This document shows, in pieces, positions 1 to 9,663 of a DNA stretch of 64,000 nt. The position numbers and the translations under genes were made by a program. The notes under the pieces are model-generated. The model was not told the origin of the DNA and did not search any database. It was given only the letters and a program-made list of their open reading frames with translations. This stretch comes from Myxococcota bacterium (lineage in GTDB: Bacteria > Myxococcota_A > UBA796 > CAJQPC01). The number at the start of each line of letters is the position of its first letter. The first letter of the stretch is position 1. The stretch is taken from positions 1 to 64,000 of the forward strand of contig DASCPX010000211.1 in the NCBI GenBank assembly GCA_036012755.1. Reading direction: 5' to 3'.

Positions 1-1
1 C

Positions 2-496
2 GAGATCTGCGACGACATCGACAACGACTGCAACGGGCTGGTCGACGACGCCTGCCTCGAGGTGAGCTCGGCGCCCATCATCGTCGGCGGCATCGACATG
101 ACCCAGCCCGCCTGCGAGATCGGTGAGAGCATCCAGCTCAGCGTCTTCGTCTACGACGCCGATGGTCAGGAGCCCATCTACGTGTGGAGCATGGACGAGG
201 ACGGAGGAACGGCAGACAACACCTCCGCGGCGAACATCACCTGGACCGCGCCCTCCGAGCTCCCCGAAGGCAGCACTGGCGAGCTCTACCAGGTCTACGT
301 CGTGGCGCAGGACCCCGACGGGACCCAGGTCTGGGACTTCACCGAGATCGCCGTCTACCCCAAGGACACGCTCTACCAGCAGTTCGTCCAGGTCGTGACC
401 ATCGACTCGGAGAAGGGCTGCGCGACCGGCCTCGGCTTGGGTGGTTTCCTCGCGACGCTGCTCGCGATGGGAATGCTGCGGCGCCGCGAGGACTGA
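2..496 (+). CDS. 5'-truncated surface protein with MopE-type metal-binding repeat, Ig/PKD-like region and MYXO-CTERM tail
   Basis: Frame from nt 2 reads EICDDIDNDCNGLVDDAC and ends KGCATGLGLGGFLATLLAMGMLRRRED (GC, hydrophobic helix, Arg cluster). Confidence 0.85.
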   Translation, partial: EICDDIDNDCNGLVDDACLEVSSAPIIVGGIDMTQPACEIGESIQLSVFVYDADGQEPIYVWSMDEDGGTADNTSAANITWTAPSELPEGSTGELYQVYVVAQDPDGTQVWDFTEIAVYPKDTLYQQFVQVVTIDSEKGCATGLGLGGFLATLLAMGMLRRRED

Positions 497-506
497 ACCA
501 GGTCCG

Positions 507-536
507 TCGCAGTGGGGCGTTGTCGTCCCACTGCGA
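507..536. terminator. GC-rich hairpin after the MYXO-CTERM gene (possible terminator)
   Basis: Perfect 10-bp inverted repeat TCGCAGTGGG/CCCACTGCGA; no U-tract. Confidence 0.45.
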
Positions 537-571
537 GCGACGCAAGTAACTGGAATCGCGCTGGGAGCGCT

Positions 572-587
572 CGGCGCGGTTCTTGCT
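572..587 (+). promoter_or_regulatory. Putative sigma54 -24/-12 promoter of the Tad pseudopilin cassette
   Basis: CGGCGCG-GTTC-TTGCT fits TGGCACG-N4-TTGCW with correct GG-N10-GC spacing, 30 nt before the GTG start. Confidence 0.55.
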
Positions 588-616
588 TTGCAGTACAGTG
601 TCCCCTCGGAGGGCGC

Positions 617-1057
617 GTGCGTCGCGGTCAGAGCACCACCGAGTTCGCGCTGATGATCCCGGTCATCTTTGCGCTCCTGTTTGCGGTGGTGGAGTACGGC
701 TACTACCTCGGCGCCATCCACTACGTGAACTACACGACGTGGATGTCCGCCCGGGCGCAGCAGGTCAGCGACGACGGTGACGCTCTGGCCCGTGATCTGC
801 TGACCGGGCGCATGACCGACTACAACGACAACGACGTCGAGCTCACCTTCGACGACGAGCTGGGCAAGGTCACCTCGCGGTTCAACTGGGAGGCCCAGAC
901 GCCCGGCTTTCGGCAGGTCATGGGGGACATGACGGTGAGCATGTCCGTGACCATGGGCCCCCCCGAGTGCGAGTACGAGAGTGCTGGGGCGCTCTCGCGG
1001 GGCGGGGTCACCTCGCTTGCCTATCGCTACGCGGACAACCGCATGGAGTGCGAATGA
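617..1057 (+). CDS. TadE-like pseudopilin
   Basis: MRRGQSTTEFALMIPVIFALLFAVVEYG prepilin motif; GGAGG before GTG 617. Confidence 0.85.
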   Translation: MRRGQSTTEFALMIPVIFALLFAVVEYGYYLGAIHYVNYTTWMSARAQQVSDDGDALARDLLTGRMTDYNDNDVELTFDDELGKVTSRFNWEAQTPGFRQVMGDMTVSMSVTMGPPECEYESAGALSRGGVTSLAYRYADNRMECE

Positions 1058-2166
1058 GACGGGGTCGGCGAGGACAGGCCGCGATCTTCATCGCGCTCTG
1101 CATGTTCGGGATGGTCATCTTCGTTGCCCTCGCGACGAACATGGGCATCGTCGTCAACGACAAGATCCGCATGCAGAACGCGGCCGACGCCGCAGCCTAC
1201 GCCGCGGCCTATCGAGAGGCACAGGAGCTGAACCGCCTGGTGATCCTCAACCAGGCCATCGTCGACAAGGCCGCAGAGTGTCGCGACCAGCTCATCGCCC
1301 AGCCCTGGCCCAACCAGTGTGACTGTCAGGCCCAGAGTGACCTCGCCGAGACCTACATCGAGGGCTGCAAGATCCAGCTGGAGAAGCTGGCTCAGGACTT
1401 CGTCGATGCAGCCGCCTACGACCGCACCATCAGCCCCGCGATCCAGACGGGCCTGAACACGATGGACGCCAACGTGCGTGGGACGGCCGGGACCGGCTCC
1501 ACCATGCACGACAACATCTTCAACAGCGCCACCTACGAGGGGCGCCCCGACTACCGCGTCGATGGCACCCTGCTCAACGGCTACGTCCGCACCCCCGCCA
1601 TCGCCAACCTCGAGCGGGTCCAGGACACCAAGTTCAACTACCCGGTCCTGCTGTTGTGCCGAACGGCCATCGGGTGCATCCCCTCGGGGATCGTCCCCAG
1701 CGCGAAGACCCACGAGCTGGCCACCTGGTACTACAAGGATGACGACGAGCCCGACGTCTGGGTCATGAGCTCGGTCCAGGGCACGATGCGAACCGCCCTG
1801 TTGGACGTCGCCTACAGCGCCGGGGGGGGTGACGGCGGCTACTTCGGCGGCTCCACGACCGGCGACTCCGACCGCATGGAGGCCGTCGCCGTCGCCAAGC
1901 CGTTTGGTGGCTCGGTGGGTCCCACGCGCGCTTCGGAGGCTCAGCGGACGGGCAACACCGATCCGGCCGGGCCGTATTGGAACGGCGCCGGGACGCGCTT
2001 CGCCCGGCTGGCGATGGTCGACGAATACCGAGCCCGGCTCGCCGGGATGATCGAGTGGTCCTCCAGCACCAGCGCTGGCGGTGCCTCCGCGAACACAAAC
2101 CCACGAGACGCCTTCGCGTCCGGCAGCTCCCCATGGGCCAGTGAAGCTTCGAAGTTCCGGCACTGA
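1054..2166 (+). CDS. TadG-like pilus assembly protein (Tad N-terminal domain)
   Basis: RRGQAAIFIAL...RMQNAADAAAYAAA motif; ATGA coupling to the upstream gene; Cys-rich body. Confidence 0.85.
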   Translation: MRRGRRGQAAIFIALCMFGMVIFVALATNMGIVVNDKIRMQNAADAAAYAAAYREAQELNRLVILNQAIVDKAAECRDQLIAQPWPNQCDCQAQSDLAETYIEGCKIQLEKLAQDFVDAAAYDRTISPAIQTGLNTMDANVRGTAGTGSTMHDNIFNSATYEGRPDYRVDGTLLNGYVRTPAIANLERVQDTKFNYPVLLLCRTAIGCIPSGIVPSAKTHELATWYYKDDDEPDVWVMSSVQGTMRTALLDVAYSAGGGDGGYFGGSTTGDSDRMEAVAVAKPFGGSVGPTRASEAQRTGNTDPAGPYWNGAGTRFARLAMVDEYRARLAGMIEWSSSTSAGGASANTNPRDAFASGSSPWASEASKFRH

Positions 2167-2170
2167 GTCG

Positions 2171-2527
2171 ATGCGGCGCTCGCGGATCCGTCGCCGTGGC
2201 CAGGCGGCCGTCGAGACCATGCTCATGGCCTTCGGCATCGTCGTGATCGTGGTGGCGATGTTCCACCTGTTCACGGTCACCTGGGCCACCTCGAACGCGC
2301 ACCTGCGGGCTCGCGAGGCCCTGCTGCATGGCGATGCGTACCTCTCGGGCGAGACGAAGAACGACTACGTCGAGGCCGGGAGCACTCCCTTCGACCCGGA
2401 CACGAGGCAGTACAACAAGGCGCGCACGGACGCCGCGATCATGTTCAACGCTCGAGCCTGGGACACCACCCGCGACGACCTCATCGGTTCGGACGCCATC
2501 CAGGTCCGGATCGAGATGACGAACTGA
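2171..2527 (+). CDS. TadE-like pseudopilin
   Basis: MRRSRIRRRGQAAVETMLMAFGIVVIVV prepilin motif. Confidence 0.8.
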   Translation: MRRSRIRRRGQAAVETMLMAFGIVVIVVAMFHLFTVTWATSNAHLRAREALLHGDAYLSGETKNDYVEAGSTPFDPDTRQYNKARTDAAIMFNARAWDTTRDDLIGSDAIQVRIEMTN

Positions 2528-3188
2528 GCCCGTAGCGGGCGAGGGCGGCCACGGCCGCGGTGTCCGCCCGCAGCACGGTCCGACCGAGGCCCGCCGCGAC
2601 GAAGCCAGCCGCCACGGCGATCTCGACCTCTTCGGCGTGGAGCCCGCCCTCTGGCCCGACGAGCAGGGTCAGGGAGCCCTCGGTGGCGGCGGCGATCGGC
2701 GCCCCGGGCGACAGGACGAGGCCCGGTCCCATCGAGACCAGCTCCGGTAGCGGACGAGGCGCGTGTACCTCCGGCGCGATCCCCCTCTCGCACTGGCGGG
2801 CGGCTTCCTCCACGATTCGGCGCCACCGGTCCAGGTGTACACCCTTCGCGACCCCGTGCCTGGCGTGGAAGGGGTGGATGTCCGTCGCTCCGAGCTCCGT
2901 CACCATGCGCAGGGCGCGCTCCCACGCAGGCTTCCGCGTCAGCGCCAGCAGCAGCACGCGGGGATCGCCTGCGCGGACGGGCGTTGCCTCGCCCACCAGC
3001 TCGAGGACCGCCACGCCGCCGCTGCCATCGACGAGTCGAGCCTCGCACTCCCAGCCCCCGTGGAAGACGCGGAGGAGCTCTCCTCTTGGCACGAGGCAGA
3101 CCGTCAGCAGGTGGTGTGAGGTCGCGGCGTCGAGCACGACGCGCGTGCCGATGGCGCCGAGGTGTGGGGCGGGAAAGCGCCGGCTCAC
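2481..3188 (-). CDS. rsmE: 16S rRNA m3U1498 methyltransferase RsmE
   Basis: HHLLTV, TELGA, EAARQC, VGPEGG, LGRTVLRADTA motifs. Confidence 0.93.
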   Translation of the reverse strand: MSRRFPAPHLGAIGTRVVLDAATSHHLLTVCLVPRGELLRVFHGGWECEARLVDGSGGVAVLELVGEATPVRAGDPRVLLLALTRKPAWERALRMVTELGATDIHPFHARHGVAKGVHLDRWRRIVEEAARQCERGIAPEVHAPRPLPELVSMGPGLVLSPGAPIAAATEGSLTLLVGPEGGLHAEEVEIAVAAGFVAAGLGRTVLRADTAAVAALARYGLSSSSRSGPGWRPNR

Positions 3189-4036
3189 AGGCGCTCCAGG
3201 TGGAGGTGCAGCCAGTCGCCCTCCTCGACGGAGCGACGGACGGCGAGGGGAGGGGAGAGCGCCGCCAGCACCGGCTCGGCCCTGGCGGTCAGGATCCCCG
3301 CCAGGACCAGGTGCCTGCCGGTCACGCGCACCAGATCCGGAGCCAGTTCGGTGAGCACCTCTGCGAACACGTTGGCGACCACGAGGTCGAAGCGGCCCTC
3401 CACCGACGCCAGGGGGATGCCGGAGAAGCTCGCCGCCAGCTGGTTGGCTGCGGCGTTGTCACGAGCGGTCTCGACCGCCGCGGGATCGATGTCGATGCCT
3501 GTCGCGGTCATGCCGAGCTTCGCCGCCGACAGGGCGAGCACTCCGCTCCCGCAGCCGACGTCGAGGCAGCTGCGGCAGCTGTTGGCGAGCTCGTCGATGG
3601 CGGCCAGGCAGGCCGCGGTGGTGGGGTGATCCCCGGTGCCGAAGGCGTTGCCCGGGGGGATGACGAGGTCCCCAGGGCGCGCACACCAGGGCGGCGAGAC
3701 CCGCAGGCGTGAGCTGATCTCGATGCGCTTGTGGTGGTGTTTCCAGGTCTCCGCCCAGTCCTCTTCGTGCACGTCGAGGAGCTCGATGTCGGCGCAGCCG
3801 GCCTCGGAAAATGCGCAACAGAGGCGGTCGCGAGCTGGCTCGGCGAACCAGGCCCGAAGCATCACCTTGAAGGGCAAGGGCGCATCCACGGTGTCCCAGG
3901 GCTGGCGGAGCACTCGGGGCGACCCCGGCGCGGCAGCCTCCTCGACCCCGCTGGCCCCGAGTTCGAAGGCCAGGGCGCTGAGTCGCTCGAAGCTGCTCCT
4001 CGCGACGACGGCCCGAAGCTCCACCCAGGAGCTCAC
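3185..4036 (-). CDS. prmA: Ribosomal protein L11 methyltransferase PrmA
   Basis: EEDWAETWK, PGNAFGTGDHPTT, LDVGCGSGVL, DLVVAN; GTGA coupling at 4036. Confidence 0.93.
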   Translation of the reverse strand: MSSWVELRAVVARSSFERLSALAFELGASGVEEAAAPGSPRVLRQPWDTVDAPLPFKVMLRAWFAEPARDRLCCAFSEAGCADIELLDVHEEDWAETWKHHHKRIEISSRLRVSPPWCARPGDLVIPPGNAFGTGDHPTTAACLAAIDELANSCRSCLDVGCGSGVLALSAAKLGMTATGIDIDPAAVETARDNAAANQLAASFSGIPLASVEGRFDLVVANVFAEVLTELAPDLVRVTGRHLVLAGILTARAEPVLAALSPPLAVRRSVEEGDWLHLHLERL

Positions 4037-5349
4037 CGCTCGGGCCTCGGCGGCGCGGGTGGCAGCTCGATGCCCTCCTTCACGGAGGTGAGGATGAGGT
4101 GGGCACCCTCGACCGCGTACTCCATCGTGATCCACTCGTCGGAGGGGTGCACGCCGCTCAGGAACATGTAGGGGGTCGAGTCGACTCCGGCGCGCTTGGC
4201 GTCTGCGATGTCCATCTGGACCCGCTCCATCATCGCGGGGTCGTCGAGGCAGTCCTCGAACTCGGCGCGGTCGAGGCCGATGTCGGAGGCGACGAACAGG
4301 AGGTCGTCCCTGCTCAGGTACTCCTGGTTCTTGAACATCGCCGCGTTCATGTCCCAGAAGGCCCGCTGCGCGCCCGCGCAGGTGCCAGCGACTGCGGCGA
4401 AGCAGGCGTCCTCGTGCAAGTCATGGGGCACGTTCTCGTTGCACTGCTTCGACAGCGGGTAGTTCTTGAAGACCACCTTCAGGTCCGGATGGAGATCGAC
4501 GAGCTCCTTCAGCTGGGGGCTCACCCGTCCGCAGAACGGGCACTCGTAGTCGGCGTACTCGACCAGGGTGTAGGTGGCCTCCGGATCGCCGTAGACGGGC
4601 TCGTCGCCGCGGACCACGACCTCGCCCTCCACCTTGGAGAACAGCGGTGTGAGGTCGTCGCCGTCCATCGGGCTGCCGCAGGTCACGAAGCCGAGGCCGA
4701 GGATGGCCATGCCGCTGAGGATGGCGGTGAGAAAGGACCGGTCCCCGCTGCCGGAGAGGGCTCCGCCGATGTTGGCCGTGAAGCCCTGGTCGCGGCTTCC
4801 GAGCAGGCCGCCCGCGCAGATGATGAAGCTGAGGCCATAGGTCCCGATGCAGAACAGGCACCACGCCCCGATGCTCACTCCGCTCCGATAGATCAGGTAG
4901 AAGGCGAAGATCGAGGCGACGATGCCTCCGAGTCCGACCACCACCGGAGCGCGCACGAACTTCTCGCGGCCCAGCCACCCGAGGGCGCCGATCAGGCCCA
5001 TCGCGAAGTAGAAACCGACTCCGAACAGCGCGATCGGGACCCCCCCGACCTCGCTCCACTCGGAGGTGTTGACGACGTCGCAGTTGAAGACGTCTCCGAC
5101 GTTGCAGACAGAGCCCCCCGAGCCCGCATGCATCTTGGCGAGGTAGGCGCTGACGGCGGTGCCGAGTCCGCCGGCGCTGGTGACGCCGAGCATCGGGTGG
5201 CTGGCCAGCGCGGCGAGGCACAAGGTCCACATGGCCGCGATGCCGAGGATCAGGGCCACCAGGCGAGTGTCGACGTTGTCGTAGAGGACGACGGACGCGA
5301 TGCCTCCGAGCACCGCCAGTCCAGCCAATCCGAACGACAGCTTCTGCAT
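4033..5349 (-). CDS. VKOR-DsbA (thioredoxin-fold) fusion
   Basis: CNVGDVFNCDVVNTSEWS and CLFC (VKOR), followed by EYADYECPFC and GVDSTP (DsbA). Confidence 0.9.
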   Translation of the reverse strand: MQKLSFGLAGLAVLGGIASVVLYDNVDTRLVALILGIAAMWTLCLAALASHPMLGVTSAGGLGTAVSAYLAKMHAGSGGSVCNVGDVFNCDVVNTSEWSEVGGVPIALFGVGFYFAMGLIGALGWLGREKFVRAPVVVGLGGIVASIFAFYLIYRSGVSIGAWCLFCIGTYGLSFIICAGGLLGSRDQGFTANIGGALSGSGDRSFLTAILSGMAILGLGFVTCGSPMDGDDLTPLFSKVEGEVVVRGDEPVYGDPEATYTLVEYADYECPFCGRVSPQLKELVDLHPDLKVVFKNYPLSKQCNENVPHDLHEDACFAAVAGTCAGAQRAFWDMNAAMFKNQEYLSRDDLLFVASDIGLDRAEFEDCLDDPAMMERVQMDIADAKRAGVDSTPYMFLSGVHPSDEWITMEYAVEGAHLILTSVKEGIELPPAPPRPER

Positions 5350-5372
5350 GCGCGCGGACTATCCCGGCCCGC

Positions 5373-5828
5373 TCAGCCGCGCTTCCCGAGCGACTTGTCC
5401 CGGTTGTGGGCCTTCGCCTTGAGCGCCTCGCGCCTGTCCCCCTTCTTACGGCCCCTGGCGAGCGCGAACTCCAGCTTCACCCAGGGTCCTCGGAACATCA
5501 GGGTCAACGGGACCATGGTCAGCCCCTTCTGCTGGATCGCCACGTTGAGCTTCTTCAGCTCCTTCTTGTTCAGGAGGAGCTTCCGGGGGCGGTCGGCCTC
5601 GTGGTTGTTGTAGGAGGCCTGCTCGTAGATGGGCAGGTTCGCTCGGAGCAGCCAGGCCTCTCCACCCTTGATCTTGATGTAGGCCTGGGCGATCGAGCCC
5701 TTGCCGTTTCGGAGGACCTTGACCTCTGACCCGGTCAACACCATCCCGGCCTCGTAGCGGTCGAGGAGCTCGTAGTCGTGGCGCGCCTTCTTGTTCCGCG
5801 CGATCACCTTCGTGCGATCCTTGGACAC
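5373..5828 (-). CDS. smpB: SsrA-binding protein SmpB
   Basis: IARNKKARHDYE, EAGMVLTGSEVK, RPRKLLL, GLTMVPL, LARGRK; GTG start at 5828. Confidence 0.96.
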   Translation of the reverse strand: MSKDRTKVIARNKKARHDYELLDRYEAGMVLTGSEVKVLRNGKGSIAQAYIKIKGGEAWLLRANLPIYEQASYNNHEADRPRKLLLNKKELKKLNVAIQQKGLTMVPLTLMFRGPWVKLEFALARGRKKGDRREALKAKAHNRDKSLGKRG

Positions 5829-5903
5829 GATCTCGGCTCCCGGGGCGCGATCTCTAGCGTCTGGGCGGCTTGAGGGCGAGGCTCCCGTCTTTTTTCTCAG
5901 ATG

Positions 5904-5927
5904 GTGGTCCAAAGTGGTGGACCGTGG
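5904..5927 (+). promoter_or_regulatory. MraZ-binding direct repeats
   Basis: GTGG at 5904, 5914 and 5924 (GTGG-N6 with 10-bp phase) upstream of mraZ, the known MraZ operator architecture. Confidence 0.75.
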
Positions 5928-6013
5928 AGAGGGCGAACGGTAAGGTTGCTGCGAAATGGAGAGATTGTGGAGAGGGAAGGGGCGGCAAGGCCGGCTCCCT
6001 CTCTCCATCGCGG

Positions 6014-6457
6014 ATGCTCGGAGAACGTTGCCAGGTCACCACGTCGCTCGATGCCAAGGGCCGTCTCGGTCTGCCGGCGAAGCTGCGGCACAGGCTGAAG
6101 GAAGAAGGGATAAATGCGCTCGTGCTCACATGCGTTGACGGCGGGATCAAGGCCTTCAGCCTTGCATACTGGCGTGAGCACGTCGAGCAGCCCATGGCTC
6201 ACCACGGTCCCTTCGATCGCGGCGCTCGGCCCTATCTCTACAGCGTGCTCGCCGACGCCGAAGACGCTGGAGTCGATGGACAGGGACGCGTCCGGATTCC
6301 GGCGCGACTTCGGACCCAGGCAGCTCTCACGAGGGAGTGCGTCGTCATCTCCATCATGGAGTGGATCGAAGTCTGGAGCCCTGAGCGGTGGAAGGTGGCG
6401 CAGGACGCAGCGCGCGAGGAATACACCCGCCAGGCCAGTGCCCAGCCCGCACCGTAG
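6014..6457 (+). CDS. mraZ: Transcriptional regulator MraZ
   Basis: SLDAKGRLGLPAKLR and VDGQGRVRIPARLR repeats, IEVWS; first gene of dcw. Confidence 0.93.
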   Translation: MLGERCQVTTSLDAKGRLGLPAKLRHRLKEEGINALVLTCVDGGIKAFSLAYWREHVEQPMAHHGPFDRGARPYLYSVLADAEDAGVDGQGRVRIPARLRTQAALTRECVVISIMEWIEVWSPERWKVAQDAAREEYTRQASAQPAP

Positions 6458-7319
6458 CGTCCTTCTCGAAGAGACCATCCAGCTCCTGGACGTGGCCCCG
6501 GGCATGCGGATCCTGGACTGCACGCTGGGTTGGGGCGGCCACTCGGAGCGCCTCCTGGAGACGGGCGCGACCGTGGTGGGCATCGACCGCGACCCCGACG
6601 CAATCGAAGCCTCCACCCTGCGTCTCGCTGGCTACGGCGAGCGCTTCCGGGCGATCCGAGCTCGCTTCTCCACATCTCTCCACCGTCTCGACGAGCCGGT
6701 GGACGGGCTCGTCGCTGACCTTGGAGTCAGCTCTCCCCAGCTGGACCGCGGCGAGCGTGGCTTCAGCTTCCGCTACGACGCCCCCCTCGACATGAGGATG
6801 GGGCGAGATGGCCGGACCGCCGCCGAGCTCATCGAGGACTCTGATGTCTCCTCCCTGGCTCGCATCCTCCGCAGCTACGGCGAGGAGAACCAGGCACTGC
6901 GAATCGCGAAGGCCATCAAGAAGATGGGCCCTTCGACCACGGGTGAGCTCGCGCAGCTCGTCGAGGATCTCCTCGGCCGCCGCGGACGCATCCATCCCGC
7001 GACGAAGACCTTTCAGGCTCTTCGAATTGCGGTCAACGACGAGATGGGCGAGCTCGAAGCCCTTCTCGGGGTCCTGCCCGAGCTGCTGAGGAGCGGCGGC
7101 CGGGCGGCCATCATCAGCTTCCATTCGCTGGAGGACCGCATGGTCAAGCAGCGCTTCAGGGAGCTGTCGGGCATCGGCACCGAAAAGGACCCCTATGGGA
7201 ACCCCGTGGAGCCCCCCCTTGGGCGGCTCGTCACCAGGAAGCCGGTGACCTCGAGTGATGACAACCCCCGGGCGCGTTCTGCGCGCCTGAGGGTCTGGGA
7301 GAAGCGGTCCCCCCGATAG
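6438..7319 (+). CDS. rsmH: 16S rRNA m4C1402 methyltransferase RsmH
   Basis: HRSVLLEE, DCTLGWGGHS, DLGVSSPQLD, HPATKTFQALRIAVN, SFHSLEDR, NPRARSARLR. Confidence 0.96.
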   Translation: MPSPHRSVLLEETIQLLDVAPGMRILDCTLGWGGHSERLLETGATVVGIDRDPDAIEASTLRLAGYGERFRAIRARFSTSLHRLDEPVDGLVADLGVSSPQLDRGERGFSFRYDAPLDMRMGRDGRTAAELIEDSDVSSLARILRSYGEENQALRIAKAIKKMGPSTTGELAQLVEDLLGRRGRIHPATKTFQALRIAVNDEMGELEALLGVLPELLRSGGRAAIISFHSLEDRMVKQRFRELSGIGTEKDPYGNPVEPPLGRLVTRKPVTSSDDNPRARSARLRVWEKRSPR

Positions 7320-7378
7320 CAGACCCCAACCAGCAGAAGTAGCAGCGGAACGAAGCGGAAGTGGCAGCGGAGGAAGCG

Positions 7379-7702
7379 ATGGACAGAGGGCGTCAGCTCA
7401 CGCGGGCCTGGGTCGGGTACCCGAACCGCCCCTTCGTCGGACTCTCGCTGACGGGGGTCGTGCGCTACCTCGCGTACGCCGCTCTGCTCATCGCGTCGCT
7501 GATGTTCTACACGTGGTCTCGAGTCGATGTGCGGGCAACGGCCGCAGCGCTGGAGGGTGCGCAGCTGGAGCTCAGCGAGCTCCGGACCGAGCAGGACCGC
7601 CTCGAGCTCGAGCTGGCGACTCGGCGTGATCTGGCTCGCGTTGGCGGAACGACCGAGGGCCTGGCCCTGATCTCCGAGGTGAAGGTGGTGGAGGTCCCGT
7701 GA
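7379..7702 (+). CDS. ftsL: Cell division protein FtsL
   Basis: One TM helix plus leucine-rich coiled coil (LRTEQDRLELELAT), between rsmH and ftsI. Alternative GTG start at 7361. Confidence 0.8.
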   Translation: MDRGRQLTRAWVGYPNRPFVGLSLTGVVRYLAYAALLIASLMFYTWSRVDVRATAAALEGAQLELSELRTEQDRLELELATRRDLARVGGTTEGLALISEVKVVEVP

Positions 7703-9663
7703 GCCGCCCGGACCTGGATCTGGTCCTCAGCCGTGCGCGGTACCGCGCCGCGGTGGTCGGTGCTCTGGTCGCCGTCGGGTACGTGATCCTGGCCATCCGC
7801 GCCACGCCGCTCATGTTGCTGGAAGACGAGCGGCTCCAGGCGCTGGCCGCCTTGCAGTTCCAGCAGGCCGTGACGGTGCGCGCACCCCGTGGAGACATCT
7901 TCGCGCGGGACGGCACGCTGCTCGCCACCACCGTCTCGATGCCGAGCGTGCATGCCGATCCGAGCGTGATCGACTCCGAGGACGTCCCTGCCCTCAGCCG
8001 GCAGCTCGCCGAGGTCCTGGGCAAGGACGCCGAGGACATCCAGAGGCAGCTGAGTCGCACCAACCGGCGGGACGTCACCCTCGCCGCCCAGATCACTCCG
8101 GAGATCGAGGACGCCGTCGAGGCGCTCGACCCCGGCAACGCCATCTGGACGCCCGACCAACCTGCTCGGTTCTACCCGTCGCGCACCCTGGCCGCCCAGG
8201 TCCTGGGTGTCACGAGCCACGATGGTCGCGGGTTGGAGGGTCTGGAGGCGGCCCTCGACGAGCCTCTGCGCGGGAGCATCTTCAGGTACGTGCAGCAGCG
8301 GGATCGCCGTGGTCGCGCGATCTCCTTCGAGCTCGAAGCTCGCAGCCGGGCGCTCGCTGGTGGAACGGTCACCCTGACCCTGGACCCCTTCGTCCAGACC
8401 GCCGCGGAGGCCGCCCTCGACGAGCTCGTCGAGCGAAGCGCACCCCTGTCGGCCACAGCGGTCGTGATCGACGTGGAGACCGGCCAGATCCTCGCCGTCG
8501 CCAATCGTCCCGTGAGCAACCCGAACGATCGTCGCGCCCGGACCGCGGAGGGCCTGCGCAACCACGCGATCGGCGACGCCCACGAGCCCGGCAGCGTGTT
8601 GAAGCCCTTCGTCATCGCGCTCGCCGTGGACGATGGCATCGTCCAGCCGGACACGCTCATCGACTGTGAGGACGGTGCCTGGCGCCTCGGCCGCAACACC
8701 ATCCGCGATGACCACCCCCACGGTGTCGTGACGCTGACCGAGGTCGTGAAGTACAGCTCCAACGTCGGCACGGCCAAGGTAGCGTTCCAGCTCGGAGCCC
8801 ACGAGGTCGTCGCGGGGCTGCAGGAGTTTGGCTTCACGCAGGCAACCGGCGTCACCATGCCCGGCGAGGTCCGCGGCTTCCTTCGTGATCCCGACCGCAT
8901 CAAGCCGATCGAGCTCGCGACCACCGCCTTCGGCCAGGGCATGACCGCCACCGCTCTCCAGCTGGCCTCGGCGCTGCAGGCCCTCGGAAACGACGGCGTT
9001 CGACTCCAGCCGATCCTCGTCAGCCGCATCGAGGACCGGCACGGGCGGCTCGAGTTCGAGGCACGGACAGAGGTCCTTGGGCAGCCGATCAGCGCCGAGA
9101 CCGCCCGGACCACCGTCGACATGATGGCCACCGTCTTCGAGGACGGCGGGACTGGCCAGCGTGTGCGTGTGCCTGGCTACACCGCAGCCGGAAAGACCGG
9201 GACTGCCCAGAAGGTCGTCGACGGCGTCTACTCGCCGACTGCCCGCGTCTCCTCCTTCGTCGGCCTGGTTCCTGCCAGCGAGCCCCGCCTCGCCATCGTG
9301 GTCATGGCCGACACCCCGACCGAAGGCAGCCGCTACGGCGGCACGGTCGCCGGCCCGGCCTTCCGCGACATCGCCCAGGCCTCCTTGCGCTACCTGGGTG
9401 TTCCCGAGGATCGCGTGGACGAGGACGAGACCGTCGAAACGGTCCCGAGACTCGCCGCGGCGCCGGGGGCAGAGCTGACCTGGACCGAGGACGGCCTCCG
9501 TGTGCCGGACTTCTCGGGCATGTCTATGCGCGACTCGCTCGCCTCCGTGGAGGGCTCGGGGCTTGCCCTGGCGCTCCTCGGAAGCGGAGCGGTGAGCGCC
9601 CAGTCCCCGGCTCCGGGGACAGTGGTCCTGCCGGGTGACCGGCTGGTCCTTCGCTTCGACTGA
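7699..9663 (+). CDS. ftsI: PBP3/FtsI transpeptidase with C-terminal PASTA domain
   Basis: APRGDIFARDG, EPGSVLKP (SxxK), YSSNVG (SxN), GKTGTAQK (KTG), VPDFSGMS (PASTA). Confidence 0.95.
   Translation: MSRPDLDLVLSRARYRAAVVGALVAVGYVILAIRATPLMLLEDERLQALAALQFQQAVTVRAPRGDIFARDGTLLATTVSMPSVHADPSVIDSEDVPALSRQLAEVLGKDAEDIQRQLSRTNRRDVTLAAQITPEIEDAVEALDPGNAIWTPDQPARFYPSRTLAAQVLGVTSHDGRGLEGLEAALDEPLRGSIFRYVQQRDRRGRAISFELEARSRALAGGTVTLTLDPFVQTAAEAALDELVERSAPLSATAVVIDVETGQILAVANRPVSNPNDRRARTAEGLRNHAIGDAHEPGSVLKPFVIALAVDDGIVQPDTLIDCEDGAWRLGRNTIRDDHPHGVVTLTEVVKYSSNVGTAKVAFQLGAHEVVAGLQEFGFTQATGVTMPGEVRGFLRDPDRIKPIELATTAFGQGMTATALQLASALQALGNDGVRLQPILVSRIEDRHGRLEFEARTEVLGQPISAETARTTVDMMATVFEDGGTGQRVRVPGYTAAGKTGTAQKVVDGVYSPTARVSSFVGLVPASEPRLAIVVMADTPTEGSRYGGTVAGPAFRDIAQASLRYLGVPEDRVDEDETVETVPRLAAAPGAELTWTEDGLRVPDFSGMSMRDSLASVEGSGLALALLGSGAVSAQSPAPGTVVLPGDRLVLRFD

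Noticed and set aside
5829..6013. tmRNA next to smpB
   Set aside because: The gap is too short and has no tRNA-like ends; it holds the MraZ boxes.
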